DNA from: Mobula hypostoma
Lineage: Eukaryota
Direction of reading: 5' to 3'
Assembly (NCBI RefSeq): GCF_963921235.1
Contig: NC_086097.1
Location: forward strand, 144,710,001-144,774,000
Length of the DNA: 64,000 bases
A program made the position numbers and the translations under genes. The notes below the pieces were generated by a model. It did not search any database and had not been told where the DNA came from. It saw nothing but the letters and a program-made list of their open reading frames with translations. Of the stretch, positions 25,101 to 38,657 are shown piece after piece (the stretch's first letter is position 1; each line of letters opens with the position of its first letter).

Positions 25101-25309
25101 GCATTCACAACAACTACAGAATCACAAGTGTGGGAGTAGACACACACCTCAACCTTGCTGATGATGGAAGAGTTTGAGTGCAGGGTGCGGGCCTGATAGC
25201 GAGCTTGGGAAGCCCCAGAGCCAGACACGGTGAAAGTGAGTGCAAGTGTCCTGAGAGTTCAATGCCTACAGTGATCTCCTAAGGATTTGGTTCCAAGTCA
25301 TAGAGGCAA

Positions 25310-25740
25310 GAAGTCATATACGATGGAAATGAGCCCTTTGGCCATCGCACCCATGCTGATGGTTGCCCAAAATAATCACATTTGCCTTCTTTAGGACCAT
25401 ATCATTCAATGAGGCTCTCCATTTCAACCTCTCAAATGTAGTAATAATGCATATCTGATTCCATCACCCGCTCTAACAGCACACTCTAAATGCTAACCAT
25501 CCTTTGTGTAAGAACCTTACCCTTCAGGTCCACTCTAAAGTTCCATCTTCTCATCTTAAACCTGTGCCCTTGCATTTTTCAAACCCCTACCAATGGAAAA
25601 AGGCTTTTACTATCAACTCTATCTATGCTTTCTTGGTCTTATATATTTAAAACAGGTCACTGTTCAGCCATTTTCATTCCAAGTAAAGCAAGCCCACCCC
25701 ATCCAATCTCTCTCCTCATAGCTGAAGTTCTCCAATCCAG
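25310..25740 (-). mobile_element. Old CR1 LINE 3' fragment
   Basis: Antisense pattern of a CR1 3' end (atcttaaacctgtgccct, tatcaactctatctatgc). Confidence 0.6.
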
Positions 25741-26875
25741 GGACCGTTCTGGTGGAATTCAGGGTAAGATGAAACACCCAGTGTGAGTGGGTTCAGCCAT
25801 TTTAGGGAGATGGGCAGTACATGTTTCAGCATCTTAGAGGGTGAATTCTCACAACAGTCTGCTCTAAAGGGCTCAGGAAAGGACTGTGATGCGGAAACAT
25901 ATAGATGAAGTGTCTGCATCAAATCTTTCGGACAGAAGGGAGCTGAACTCCAACCTTCCAATGTGGAAATGGGACCCACTTCCACATCAATAATTGCATT
26001 CATAACCATGGGAAAATCTGGCCCAAATCACAATGTCCATGACAGCCCATTTAAAGCCACTGGGTATCCGCGATGCCCAGAAAATTCTGACTTTGCCATC
26101 GTATCTCTTAGTTCAACTGTTGGCAGGGCATTATAAACTCCAGGAAATCAGGCCTCTGGCAGACCGCTGGGTCAGCTAAAGGCATATCCCAGGGTACCAC
26201 AGACATACTGACAGCACCTTGTAATTTGCCCATTGGCAAACTAATCTAGTCCGTTCCTGTTTTTTCTTCCAATGTTGTAGTCTAAAAAAATACCACCAAC
26301 TGGAAGAGCTAAAGCACGAAAAGCTCTGGATTTGGGAGCTGAAGCACAGCTGGTGTCACTACTGTCCATCCTGGAGGCCGAGCACTTTGAAGTCTGCACA
26401 TTTCATAAGGTGGTTATATCACACCTCTAGCATGCAGAAAGAAGTGGGAAGGGTAGCTGTCTAATGAACAAAAAAAAAGCAAGCAAGCAGGTTGTTCAGG
26501 AGAGTCGGGGGGCATCTTACTGTTTAATTCCTGTTCGTCTCCAATGGGGAGAGGTTTTCCCAGGGGAATGCACTCAAAGCTAAGACAACAGTATTATGGG
26601 TAGCATAGTCACACACAAATAGAGGAGAAAGCTCAAGAGAATAATTAGTTTCCAATTCCCTCATTCAGACCACTGGATCTTCGCCAATGACATACAATCC
26701 CTTTACCTTCCATCTCACATCTGGAGAGTCCAAAGGAAGAGTTCGTGTATCAGTCGTGCTTAGGCTTGGTCCCCCAAAGCTATATCCATTGCTTAAATAA
26801 CAATTTCATTTAAGTTGCTTACTGCACTGAAACATCAACACTTCTGCTGGCACTTAACACCGGGCTCTCATCTTC

Positions 26876-27746
26876 AAGGATTCAAAGGTTCAAAACACAT
26901 TATCAATGTATGTATGCAGTACACAAAACTGAGATTTGTTTTCCCAAAGATAGCCACGAAGCAAGGAAATGCCATGGAACCCATTCAAAGAAAAACATCA
27001 AACTCCTAACATGCAAAAAAAAGAAGAAATCATGGATATGGCAAAAATTACAGAATATAAAAGATCAAGGGACCAAGTCAGTGAGCAATCAGGTTCATCT
27101 CAGTTCAGTTCAATCTAGTGCTGTGTTAGTCATTGACTACAGGCCACAGAGCCAACCCGCCCAATCAAAATCACACAAATTACCAACAAAAAAGGAGCAA
27201 CCAGAAACCAGAAACACATCATAACATGAACTACAGAGTGCAGTCCACAAACTGCATCGATAAAACCTTGCTGAAGACCCAAGACTCCTGCACGAATGAA
27301 AGAGAGGGGGAGAGAGACCAACCAAATGTAATTACCTTCCTGCAGAAGTAGTGAACGAGAGTGAGGGAGAGACCGATCACTTGCAAGCAAATGGTACTGA
27401 CTACACACTCACCTTCCACTCTTGTCCTGGCTGATTTCAATCTTCCTGGATGATTTAATTGGTGAGTTGGGTGAGAAATGGAGTTAGGTGATGGGTTCAC
27501 GTCCCATCTCCAGGCTTCTTGGCACCCATGCCACACACTAGGCTCAAAACCTCACCCAACTCCCTCAGAGGCAGTAGAGTGCCAAGTCACTCAATTGACC
27601 CCAAAACACACAGCAAACTATGATCGCAGGCTCCAATTATAGCTCAATCATATTTGGAAAAAAGAAGTAAAAGAAGTAAAAGGAGTAATTTAGTGAACTG
27701 TCTGATGCATGTCTCCTTTGGTCACATAGTTTACTAGTGACATCTT
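26876..27746 (-). mobile_element. Probable non-autonomous LINE-derived interspersed repeat
   Basis: On the minus strand it starts aagatgtcac (like the aagatggc 5' start of Rex-type elements) and ends in a tgaacctttgaa-type tail. No coding remnant seen. Confidence 0.4.
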
Positions 27747-27859
27747 CACATGGTCTATTCTGGTTCTCTCCATCACCATCTCAGAGATCAGGGTAGACAC
27801 AAGCAACTACTATATGACCACAAGCTCCTACATGGATTCCCAAAAGGATTGTATAGTAT

Positions 27860-28375
27860 GATCATTTAAATCGAGTATGATGTTTTCCTAAGGGGTTGTC
27901 TATTGGTGGACCCGCAGGTGATTGTAGAGGGCGATCCGGGATTTCACATATTCTGCCAGTGTGGGCATGAGTAAGTGGTGGCTGGGTTAGTTGTTGGGTC
28001 GGTTGATTGTTCAGTTGCTCCTTTCACAGCTGCCACATGTTCTCTGCAGCACAGTGAAGATTGCTGTCATACTACACAAGTCCTCTTGAACAGTTTTCTT
28101 CCAGGTGTGCTATTTAGTGCAAGGTTTACCCAGTTTTTAAATGTAATGTTGAATTCCTTCAAACCACCAGGGCTCGTTAACCTTCCTTTAACTGGGAGTA
28201 AATGATCCGTTTGGAGAGAAGTGAGTTAGGCATCTGGGTAACATCACGTATCTATCAGAGTTGGTGATGTTTTATCATGATGGAAATGATATCCATGTTG
28301 GCCTCCCCCAGTATGCCAGTGTTAGTACATCTGACCTTCCAGATGATCCTCAAAATCTTTCATAGGATTTAGTGT
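27860..28375 (-). mobile_element. RTE-clade LINE 3' fragment
   Basis: Minus strand KILRIIW....TN..IL.EANM, an MP.S..K.I.YSQLKEG-like segment, and a terminal SCPH...SRIALYNHLRVHQ zinc-finger-like end. Confidence 0.75.
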
Positions 28376-29669
28376 GTCTGTCCTTCCAGCTGACTAATAA
28401 GGATTCCATTCCATTCTTCAGTCCCTCCATTTCTATTGCATTTGTTCCAATGAAAAGATATTCCACTGAAGTCCTCCTTAGCCACAATTACCCTTCTGTC
28501 ACAGCGGACAGAGCATTTGACTCACTCTCGGGTCGGCACCCTTCCACTTCATGTCAGCCCGTACCCACCATGCAGCCACAACCATTCTTCAGCTTTGAGA
28601 TTCCAGTTCACCAAGCCCCCGGAAAACCACAAGAATGCCAGCTATGAGGAGCATGTGATGGCTCTGGGCCTGTAGAAGTTTTAAAAGGATGAGGGGAGGG
28701 GAATCTCACTGAAACCTATGGAATATTGAAGGTTGATAAGTTCTTCATTAATAAGGGCATCGAAGGTTACAGGGAGATGGCAGGAGAATGGAACTGAGAG
28801 GAATAATAAATCAGCCATGATGGAATGCTCAATGAGCCGAATAGCCTAGTTATACTCTTATGTCTTATGGTCTTATTAGTTCACTATGTTTTCAATTAGA
28901 TTTCATTCACCACTAATCTGAACTAATTCCATGACTTACTGACTCACTTTCAAGTAGTCTTTAAGCCAATCATGCTCTCAGTATTATTTTTATTTCCACA
29001 GTTTGTCATATTTTGCAAGAAAATGTAAGAATGAAAACTGACCGACGCCTCTCCTTTCTGAGGAGGCTGAAGAGACTGGACAATGCTCATCTATGCTTAC
29101 GTCCTTCTACAGTTAATTTGCTCTGCAAAGGATCCAGAGTAACAATTATTTAATTCTTTTTTATAGCTGTGTACTGGAATTGATATTAAACAATCTTGAA
29201 TCTTGAATCACAAGATTGTATATGTAACATATACATACTTTGATAATAAATTTACTTTGACCTCACTTTCAATTGCCCATGTGTTTTGTAGATTTAAGCC
29301 ATTTTATATTTACAGAGTTGCAGTATGAACAAGAATTGAACGCAGTTAAAATACATTCAGCCGTCGAACTGGAATTTTGAGTGAAAGGCAAGTTTTTACA
29401 CCTGAAGACTACTCTGAAATATGAAGGCCAATGTAAATGCATTAATATGCGTCTCTATGATATGAGATTAGATTAAGATTCAGCATCAGTAAATAGTGGA
29501 TAATAATTTACTCAAAAGTGCATCGTCTAAAAAGGCAAGTCAAACCAATGTTGTTTATGCGATTTTGGTTGAAGTTTCACAACATGACTGGCTCTATTAT
29601 ACACCAAGGTGGATTACAGACTAAGTGAGCAGGAGCAATAGAGAACTCTTTAGTCAGGATCACGGACAG

Positions 29670-30300
29670 GCATTACTGTGTCCATGAACAAAGCCTCCCT
29701 GGTGCCAGAGTGGGCACAGGGCATTCCGAATGTAAGCAGTCAAAGGTCATGGTCCATATTTGTACTCATGACATAGGCAGGAAGAAATAAAACACCAGTG
29801 GAACCGTACCGCATGCAAGTGAGGCAAGAAATGGAAAGACACGACAGTTAAACACACGGCTAAGCATCTGGTACAGAGGGGAAAGCTTCAGAAACATTGA
29901 TCATTTGTCTCTCTTTCAAATTCGGTGGGATTGTACTACAAAAACAGGTTGCACTTGAACTGGGAGGGCATCAATATGCATGCAGAGAGGTTTGCTGGTG
30001 CTCCATAGCAGGACTCTGGGAACCAGGGTAATAGCTTAAATGCTGGAAAGCTTTAAGGTAAGAGGAGAACACTTAAAGGAGATTTATAAAAGTATTTTAC
30101 ACAGAGAGTGACAGATGTCTGGAACATGCAGCTGGAGGAAGTGGTGGAAATAGATAAAATAGCAATGTGTAATAGGCAGTTAGACAGACGCATGAGCAGG
30201 AACGGAAGGAGGGATTAGACCATGTGCTGGCAGGCGTGCAGTTTAAATTGGCATCATAGTTGGCAAAGACATCATGAGCAGAAAAGCCTATCCCTGTGTC
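29670..30300 (+). mobile_element. CR1 remnant: ORF1 SGNH/esterase fragment joined to a CR1 3' end
   Basis: LPGARV, VMVHICTHDIGR and LHLNWEG.N motifs, then a CR1 3' UTR. Confidence 0.65.
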
Positions 30301-31121
30301 CAACACCCACCACATTCTATTGTGCACAAGATACTTCGAGAAAAGGCAGGGTGGGGTGTGGCATTGCAAAATTAGTAGTTTTGTTGATGGTGAAGAAAGT
30401 AAAGGATAGAAAAGGAAGTGGATATGGAGTTTGCAATGCACAAGATTGGAAAAATCTGCAGAGGATTGTAGAATCAACTAGCTCCATTATGGATGCTAGT
30501 CTCCTCACCATGAAGAATATCTTCAAAAGCTGACGCTGCTAGAAGGCCACGTCTATCATTCAGCATGCTTGCTATCCAGAACATGCCCTCTTCTCATTAC
30601 TACCACTGGGGAGAAAGTACAGGAGCATGAGGACATACACACAATGTTTTAGAAACAGCCTCTGCCCCTCTGCCACGTAGGAAGGATGTGATCGCCCAGA
30701 GAGCATGCAGGGATTACCAGGATGTTACACAGATGGATTAGTTTAATTATGAGGAGAGACTTGATAGACTGGGTTTGTTTTCCTTGAAGCGGAGGAAACT
30801 GAGGGAAAAGCTAACAGGGGGTATTCAAAGTTATGAGCCAGCTCCAGCCTGGTCTGCTTCTTTTCAGAGATTTGAAACATCTTTAGCACCAGAAGAAGTG
30901 CCAAAGAATTGCATGTTAACGAATGTTTTTCCATTGTGGAGAATGAGATGAGGGAGATCTTGAATGAAATGTTTTCATCTGTATTTACACAATGTCTATT
31001 GAAGTGAAGCAGGAGAGCAGTGAAGTCATGAAATGGATACAGATGACAGAAAAGGAGCTGTTTGTTGCCTTGAGGCAAATTAGGGTGGATAAATTGAAAG
31101 GCCAGACAAGATATTCCCTCA

Positions 31122-31220
31122 ACACACTTAAAAAATGCTGGTGAATGCAGCAGGCCAGGCAGCATCTATAGGAAGAGGTACAGTCGACTTTTGGCATCTG
31201 CAGATTTCCTTGTGTTTGCG
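31122..31220. mobile_element. Tiny Penelope-derived insertion with inverted halves
   Basis: 14-bp TSD aagatattccctca at 31108-31121 and 31221-31234. Minus-strand arm about 31122-31193 and plus-strand tail about 31194-31220. Confidence 0.8.
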
Positions 31221-31472
31221 AAGATATTCCCTCAGACCTGTGGGGGACTGTGCAGAAATTGCAAAGGGCCTACCAGAGATATTTAAAACATCTTCAGCAA
31301 CAAATGAAGTGCCGGAGGATTGGAAGATAACTAATGTTTTCTGTTGTTCAGGAAAGGCTCAAAGAGTAAGTCAAGGAATTACAGGCCAATGAGCCTGACA
31401 TCAGTAGAAGGTAACTTACTGGAAGGTATTATAAGAGACCAGGTACAGTATGTCAGTATTTGCTTAGACAGC

Positions 31473-34400
31473 TGTTATGTCTTATATCTCCAAAACATAG
31501 AATTAATCAAAAGAAAAACAAGGGAGCCTCAGAGATGCGTGTAAACTTTGTCTTAACTTTTAGTGAGACATTCACTTATGACGCGGTGGCATGATGACAT
31601 ATGCCATTCACGTACTTTTACAAATGACCCATAATGCATTGTGTAAACAACAAAGAATGCTTAATCAAACCGTATATTTACAATACTGCTCAAATATTAC
31701 TGAAATATTAAATGTACAAAGCTCTTCCCTGCTTATCTATAAACTCCAAATCAACATAGAATACAACAATTCAAATATGCAACTTATTGGAGGATTTTTT
31801 ACTCTTTTGTGAAAATACCTTTACTGACAAGGGGGAAGGGGCACTCTGTAGTAATGAGTTCAAGTGTGGAGCACAGAAGCAGGAACCTTTCCCTTATTCA
31901 TATATATTGGGCGTGTCCTACTTTGGAAAAATTTTGGAAAGATGTTTTTATCACTTTATCTTCCATATTAAATTGTCATTTGGAACCTGATCCTTTGATC
32001 GCTTTTTTCGGTATTTCTCGAGACTCTGACAAGCATTTGATCCCAGCTAAATGGCGAACATTGTCTTTTGCCTCTCTTTTAGCTAGACGTGCAGTACTCC
32101 TTAAGTGGAGAGATGTAGTTCCCCCTACCCATGTTCAATGACTTAGGGATATATGTCTTGTTTAGATCTTGAGAAGATTTATTATTCACTTTTTAATTCA
32201 GACATGACGTTTCATAACGTGTGGGGACCTTTTCTTGAATATTTTCATAATTTTCACCTAGATTGACAGGTGTATTTTTTTCTTCCCTTGATGGTCAGAT
32301 CCTGCATTTCCAGCTTTCTTTGATTCTTTGATTAGGTAGCGGGCCGCTTTATTATTATTATTATTCATTTCTCTTTTTACTACAATATATAGTTCTGGGG
32401 TGATAAAAGTTTATCTCAAATGTCCTTTAAAATATTTATACTTATAATATAATGGTTGGCTTGGAGTTGGATAGTGGGTGGGTTGGGAGCTTTCCATTCT
32501 AATTTTTCATTTTTAATATGGGTGACTTGCTCATTTGTTAAGATATGTATTATTGCTATTTTTGTCTGTATTGCAATGATCCTTCTATTTATACTATTGA
32601 TTTTTTTATTCTGTGCTGTAGTTTGTAGAAAATCATAAATAAAATATTTTTTAAAAAGAAAAGAAGCAGGAACCTGGTATAGTAATAGGACCGCAACTCT
32701 CACACGTTCTTTGGCCTTAGGGCATGCATGGCTACTTGACCACAGTAAGTGATGCTTGTTTTAAAGAATTCATGCTTGTCATGTCATGCTCTGAGCCCAT
32801 TATCTTCTAATCTTTTTAACATTCTCTTGATATTTTGGAGATGTTCCTTGTTATTCTTACCAGTAAAAGTGATGTCAGCCAAGTAACACTAAGTGTCTAG
32901 GCACCCTTGTAGCACCTGGTCCATGGCTTTCTGCCAGAGTGCAGGTGCAGATGCTACTCTAAAAATAAGACTATTATAGCAATATAACCCTTTGCAAGTG
33001 TTTATGGTGAGAAACACTTTGGACTCTTCTTCCATTTTCATCTGTAGTTAGGCCTCAGCTATGTTCACATTGCTTAAATGTTTTCTTCCAGAAAGGTTTG
33101 CAAAGATATCCTTTATCCTAGACAGAGGGTATTGATCTAATTTGAGTACTGGGTTGATGGTGACCTTAAAATCACCACAGATCCTGACAAACCTATTTCT
33201 CTTGGCTACTGGGAGCACTGGCATTGCCCAAAGCTCCACTCAACCTTGGAAAGAATTCCTGCAGCTTCCAAGCAATCTAGCTCACCGGCCACTTAATCAT
33301 AGATGGTATAAGGAACTGGACTAGCTTTGTAAAACTTGGGTATGGCATTTTCATTTAACACTATTTTACCCTTGATATATTTGAGTTTTCCAGTGCAATC
33401 CTTCAACACTCCTGTGACATCATCCAGTAACTTTTCTAACTTGCTTTCAGATAACTCCATTGCAGAGGATGTGACGTGCAAATGGTAGATGGATCTCCAA
33501 TCAAGTTATAGTTGTCTCAGCCAATCATGGCCCCACAATGCTGGCCCTCCTGTTTTTACCACATACAAGCCAAATGTGGCTTGTTTGTTGTATTTCGCTG
33601 TTACGAAAGTTATTCTCACAGGAGTTACCTTTTTCTCAGTATAAGTTTTTAGTTGGATATCTGCAGAACTCAGTTCAGTATCTTTGGAATGCCATTCAAA
33701 CTCATCATATATAATGACTGAAACAGCTGAAACAGTGTCCAATTTAATTTTAATTAATTTGCCGTTCACATCTGGCATAAACCATATTGCTTGTCTCTTG
33801 TTAGTTTTCACAATATAAATCTCAAAGCTACCAATTTCTGTGTCACTCTCATCATCAGATTTTTCATTAACATCATGCAATTAGTGCTCTTTTTGAAAGT
33901 GCAACTTGACTTTTTGTCTTTTTTTCTTCCTTGCGCAGTCCATTTATTTTTGTCTGCCTGACATGTTCTTTGTACAGAATGTAACCTACTTTGTTGCATT
34001 TTCTGCAAGTTTCACCTTTAAATCTGCATTTGTCTGGTGCATGTGAGCCCCTGCCACAATGGTAGCACAATCTGTTCAGCCAGGGAGGTTTCTGTTTAGA
34101 CTCACTTTCATTCTTGAATTGCTTCTCAGTTGTGTTTCTGTCTGCTGTTTCTATTGTTTCCATTGATACAGTGATTTCGACTGCTCTTTTAAATGTATGT
34201 CGCACTTCAGATTGGACCGGTTTTTGAATGCTTTTTTGTGAGATTCCATAGACTAAGTGACATCTCATTGCATCATTAAGCCCATCACTGAAATTGCAAT
34301 GGTCAGACAACTTCTTCAATTCAGCCACATAAGCTGTAATGGACTCCAGTTATGAAATCTAAAGTGTTCTGCAATCAACAATAGTTTCAGTTCTAAATTT

Positions 34401-35098
34401 TCCTTGCATTTTTTCACGATATCGGCAGAGCTAATTTAGACTGGTTTGGTTGGAGAAAGCAAACTTCTAAGCAAACTATTCCTTTCACCCAATGCACTCA
34501 GTAAAACTCGCCTTTCATTGGCTATTTAATTTGCTTCAAAATACTGCTCAATTCACTCTGTGTACCATCTCCAATTATTTCTTGTGCAATCAAACACATC
34601 TATCATTCCAATATAGTCAGCCATTTCTGCTCCTTTTTTTAAATTTATGATGAGAATCACCCTGTACTCACTGTTTATGAACCCGTGAATTTCGTCTGTT
34701 TTCTGCCTTTTTAAAAAAATTCAGCTGTCTTTCTCTTCTTTTTGTGAAGAAACCAAATGTTGCACTTTTTTGTTTAACTTAAGTGTCTCACTGTTCTTCA
34801 AGAGGTAGGTTGTCATCTTGGGTTCATTTTAAAGCTTATTCACCACCACTATTATGTTTTGTAACTCCAAATCATAAAGCTAATTGAAAGAAAAACAAGG
34901 AAGCCTGAGAGATAGGTGTAAACTTTATTTTTACCATTAGCGAGCCATGCACGTATGATGTGCTGGCATGATGATGTATGCCATTCCCGCACTTTTACAT
35001 ATAACCTGCATTGCATTATATAAACAGCACAGTATGCTTAATCAAATAATATATTTACAATATTACTCAAATATTCCTGAAATATTAAATACACAACA
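31473..35098 (-). mobile_element. Gypsy LTR retrotransposon (Mag-like), decayed and internally deleted
   Basis: LTRs about 31473-31720 and 34850-35098; TSD acagc/acagg; PBS-like TGGTGGTGA next to the right LTR; gag MADYIGMIDVFD with twin knuckles CYHCGRGSH..C / CRKCNKVG; PR LDTVSAVSVI; RT VRICGDFKVTINPVL. Confidence 0.9.
31870..32663 (+). mobile_element. L1-clade LINE 3' end inside the Mag-like element
   Basis: LIHIYWACPTLEKFW...LLARRAVLLKWR...PPTH and F..VWGPFLEYF, then aataaa and an A-rich tail at about 32637-32663. Confidence 0.85.
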
Positions 35099-38000
35099 AC
35101 AGGGATTGATTAGAAATGGTCACTATGGATTTGTATACGGTAAGTCATGTGTAACCAGTCTTAAAGAGTTTTTTGAGGAAGTTACCAGGAAAGGTGATGT
35201 AGGCAAGGCAGTGGATGTTGTCTACATGGACTTTAGCAAGGGCGTTGACAAGGTCCCTCATGAGATGTTGGTCAAGAAGGGTCCTTTGCTTGGCATTCAA
35301 GATGAGGTAGTAAATTGGATTAGACATTGGCACTGTGGGAGAAACCAGAGAGTGGTAATAGATGGTTGCCCCTCTGACAGGAAGCCTGTGACTAGTGGAG
35401 TGCTATACCGACCAGTTTGTCACCGAATGATAACATAGTAAACTGGATTAGCAAATTTGTAATGACACCATGATTGGGAATACAGTAGACAGCAAGGAAG
35501 GCTATCAAAGCCTGCAGAAGGATCTGGACCAGCTGGAAAAATGAGCTAAAATATGGCAAATGGAATTTTATGCAAACAAGTGTGAATTGTTACACTTTGG
35601 GAGGACAAACCAGGGTCAGACGGACATGGTAAGCAGTAGGGTGAATGTGCTACAACAGAGGTATCTGGGAATACAAATTCATAATTCCTTAGAATTGGTG
35701 TCAAAGGTAGATAGGGTTGCAAAGAAAACTCTTGGCACATTGGCCTTCATAAATCAAAATATTGAGTACTAGAGTGGGATGTTATGTTGAAGTTGTATAA
35801 AATGTTGGTGAGGCCTAATTTGGGGTATTGTGTGTAGTTCTGGTCACCTACCTATAGGAAAGATATCAATAAGATTGAAAGAGTACAGGAAAAATTTACA
35901 AGGACATGAGGACCTAAGTGAGAGGGAAAGGTTGAACAGGTTAGGACTTTACTCCCCAGTGTGTGGCAGAATGAGTGAGATTTGATAGGGGTATACACAG
36001 TTATGAGGGGTATAGATAGGATAATTGCAAGCAAGCTTTTTCCACTGAGGTTGGGTGAGACTAGAACTAGAAGTCATGGGTTAAGTGTGAAAGGTGAAAT
36101 GTTTAAGGGGGACATGAGGGGGAACTTCTTCAGTCAGATGGTGGTGAGAGTGTGGAACGGGCTGCCTGTGTAAGTGGTGGATGAAGGTTGGGTTTCAACA
36201 TTTAAGAGAAGTTTGGGTAGGTACATGGATGAGAAGGGTATGGAGGGCTATGATCTATGTGCAGGTCAATGGAACTAGGTATATTAATAGTTTGGCATTG
36301 ACTTGATGGGCCAAAGGGCCTATTTCTGTGCTGTAGTGTTTTATGACTCTTTACAGTAAAAATATCAAAGACAACTTGTTTTACATCTTATATACATGCA
36401 TCACAGCAAGAATCCAGATGTCAGGAGAAGGGCTGGGGGATTGAGGAGAGAAGCTGGGCCATATGAGGGGCTGGGGAAATAAAGAAGGAAGCAGAGAAAA
36501 GTAAAACGGAGAAAGCGTGAGAAAGAGCTGTTGTTGGAGAAATTAGAGAGGATGCCAGCTGGCATTATTCAGGTTTCCCACATTCCACCAGACTGCTGCA
36601 TCAGTTTTTAGTGACTATGAATCCTGCCTTTCCAACATGACAGCTGATTTCTTATCAGACGCCTGCAACAGGGTTCCTCATTTGGCACCGCGTGTGCTGT
36701 TTTGGATGAAGGAGTTAACAAAGCTCTGAAACCACCTTTCCTCGGAGTAAATATTTTGATTATTTTATTTAGCATTGCCTAGTTTCAGTACAGCAGCTGA
36801 AGCCCAACTCAGCAAGATGCTGCAGGCAATGCTTCATGTACAATTACCCCACAGGGGGTTTGGGCAAATGTTCAGTTTGTGCAGATGTGGAGAAACACCA
36901 GTTGACCAGATTAGTGTAGGACAAAGTTTGGCGTGGCAAAATCGGTTTGTTCCTTAATAAGGTGTTTCCTCTCAACTGCAGCAACTAAGAGGGACTGGGA
37001 AATAAATTCCCAGAGAATCAGTCCAATATTTCAACATATTTTATTAGAAAACTAAGCTATCAATTGAAAACAGCCTGCAAACAGATCTGTTCCTTTCAAA
37101 TATACTTTCAGATGCATACAGAGCCTCCTAAAGCTTACTTATTATTTTTTGAACTATATGAGTGTTAAGGACAAGAACTCCTCACCATTTCTATTTTGTT
37201 TACTTTGTTAATGATCCCATATACATGGATACTGATCTTTGCAAGAAATTAATATACAACCTTGGTAAGGTTATCAAAGATGTTAAAAGACAGTACCAGT
37301 CCCAAAGTGTGCCCCAGGCGAGCCATCAGTTGTGGCAGGACTTACGTGCTACAAAACAGTCAGGCAGCATTGTCGCCTACAGCACAACTCCTCCCAATGA
37401 GCAAAATGCATTCCATGCCCATTCTGAACAGTAGGGAACAGTTATGTTAACTCCCCACCCCAACAGCCTCCAGTGCCTCTGAACCCACAGTTACGGTTGC
37501 AGATGTAAGATCGGTCCTCCAGAGAGTGAACTCGAAAAAAAGCATCTGGTTCAGATTGTGTCCCTGTCAGTTTCCTTAGATCCTGTGCTGTTCAGTTGCA
37601 GACATTTTTTAACCTTGTCCTACATCAATCTATGGTTCCCTTCTGCTTTTAAGAACAACACTGTCATTTGACTACCTAAGAAAAACAAAATAACTTGCCT
37701 TAATGACTACTGCCCAGTGGTCATGACATCTATTATCATGAAGTGTTTCAAGAGGCTGGTTATGGCACACATTAATTTCAACATTCCAGATGACCTCACC
37801 CCTCTGTAACATGCCTACCGTTAAAACATGTCCATTGTGGATGACATCCCCCTGGCCCTACACTCATCCCTAGAACATCTGGACAGTAAATACATCTACA
37901 TCAGACTACAGCCATCAACTACAGCACTGCCTTCAATACTACAATTCCAAGCAAACTGATATCCAAACTCTGAAGCATAGGACTCAACACCTCCCTTTGC

Positions 38001-38657
38001 AAGTGGGTCCTTAACTTTCTGACCAACAGATCCCAATCAGTAAAGATAGGCAGCAAGACCTTCACTGCGATTATTCCCAGCACGGGTGCTGCACAATGGT
38101 GTGTCCTCTGCTCCCTACTCTACTCCTTGTACATTCATCACTGTGTGATCTGATTCTGCTCCAAATCCACCTACAAATTTGCAGGTGATATCCCTAATGG
38201 TCCATATCTCAAATAATGATGAGTCAGAGTCTAGCAAGGAGATGGAGAGCTTAGTAACATGGTGTCATGACGATAAGCTTTCCCTGAAAGTCAGCAAAAG
38301 AAAAGAGCTGGTCATTGTCTTCAGGAAGGAGGTGATGCACATACATCAGCCATGCTCAGGCTGAGAGGGTTGACAGCTTTATGTTCCTAGGAATGAACAT
38401 CGTCAGTGACCTGCTATGGTGCAAACATTTAGACATAATGGCCAAAAAAGCACTCAAATTCCATTACTTCCTTGGAAGCAAAAGAAGTTTATCATGTTCC
38501 CATCAATGTTGACTAATTTTTATTGATGCACCATAGAAAGTATCCAAATTGAATGCATAACAGCTTGGTATGGCAAATGCTCTGCATGTCTTCATGAGAA
38601 ACTGCAAAGAGCTGTGGACAGAGGTCAACACATCATGGAAACCAGACTCCCTCTGTC

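Larger units (their letters stand above)
30930..36350 (+). mobile_element. CR1 LINE ORF2 interrupted by a short Penelope piece and a Gypsy element
   Basis: VPEDWKITNV and RNYRPMSLTSV before the insertion. QGLIRNGHYGFVYGKSC, VDVVYMDFSKGVDKVPH and VRVWNGLP after it. Confidence 0.9.
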
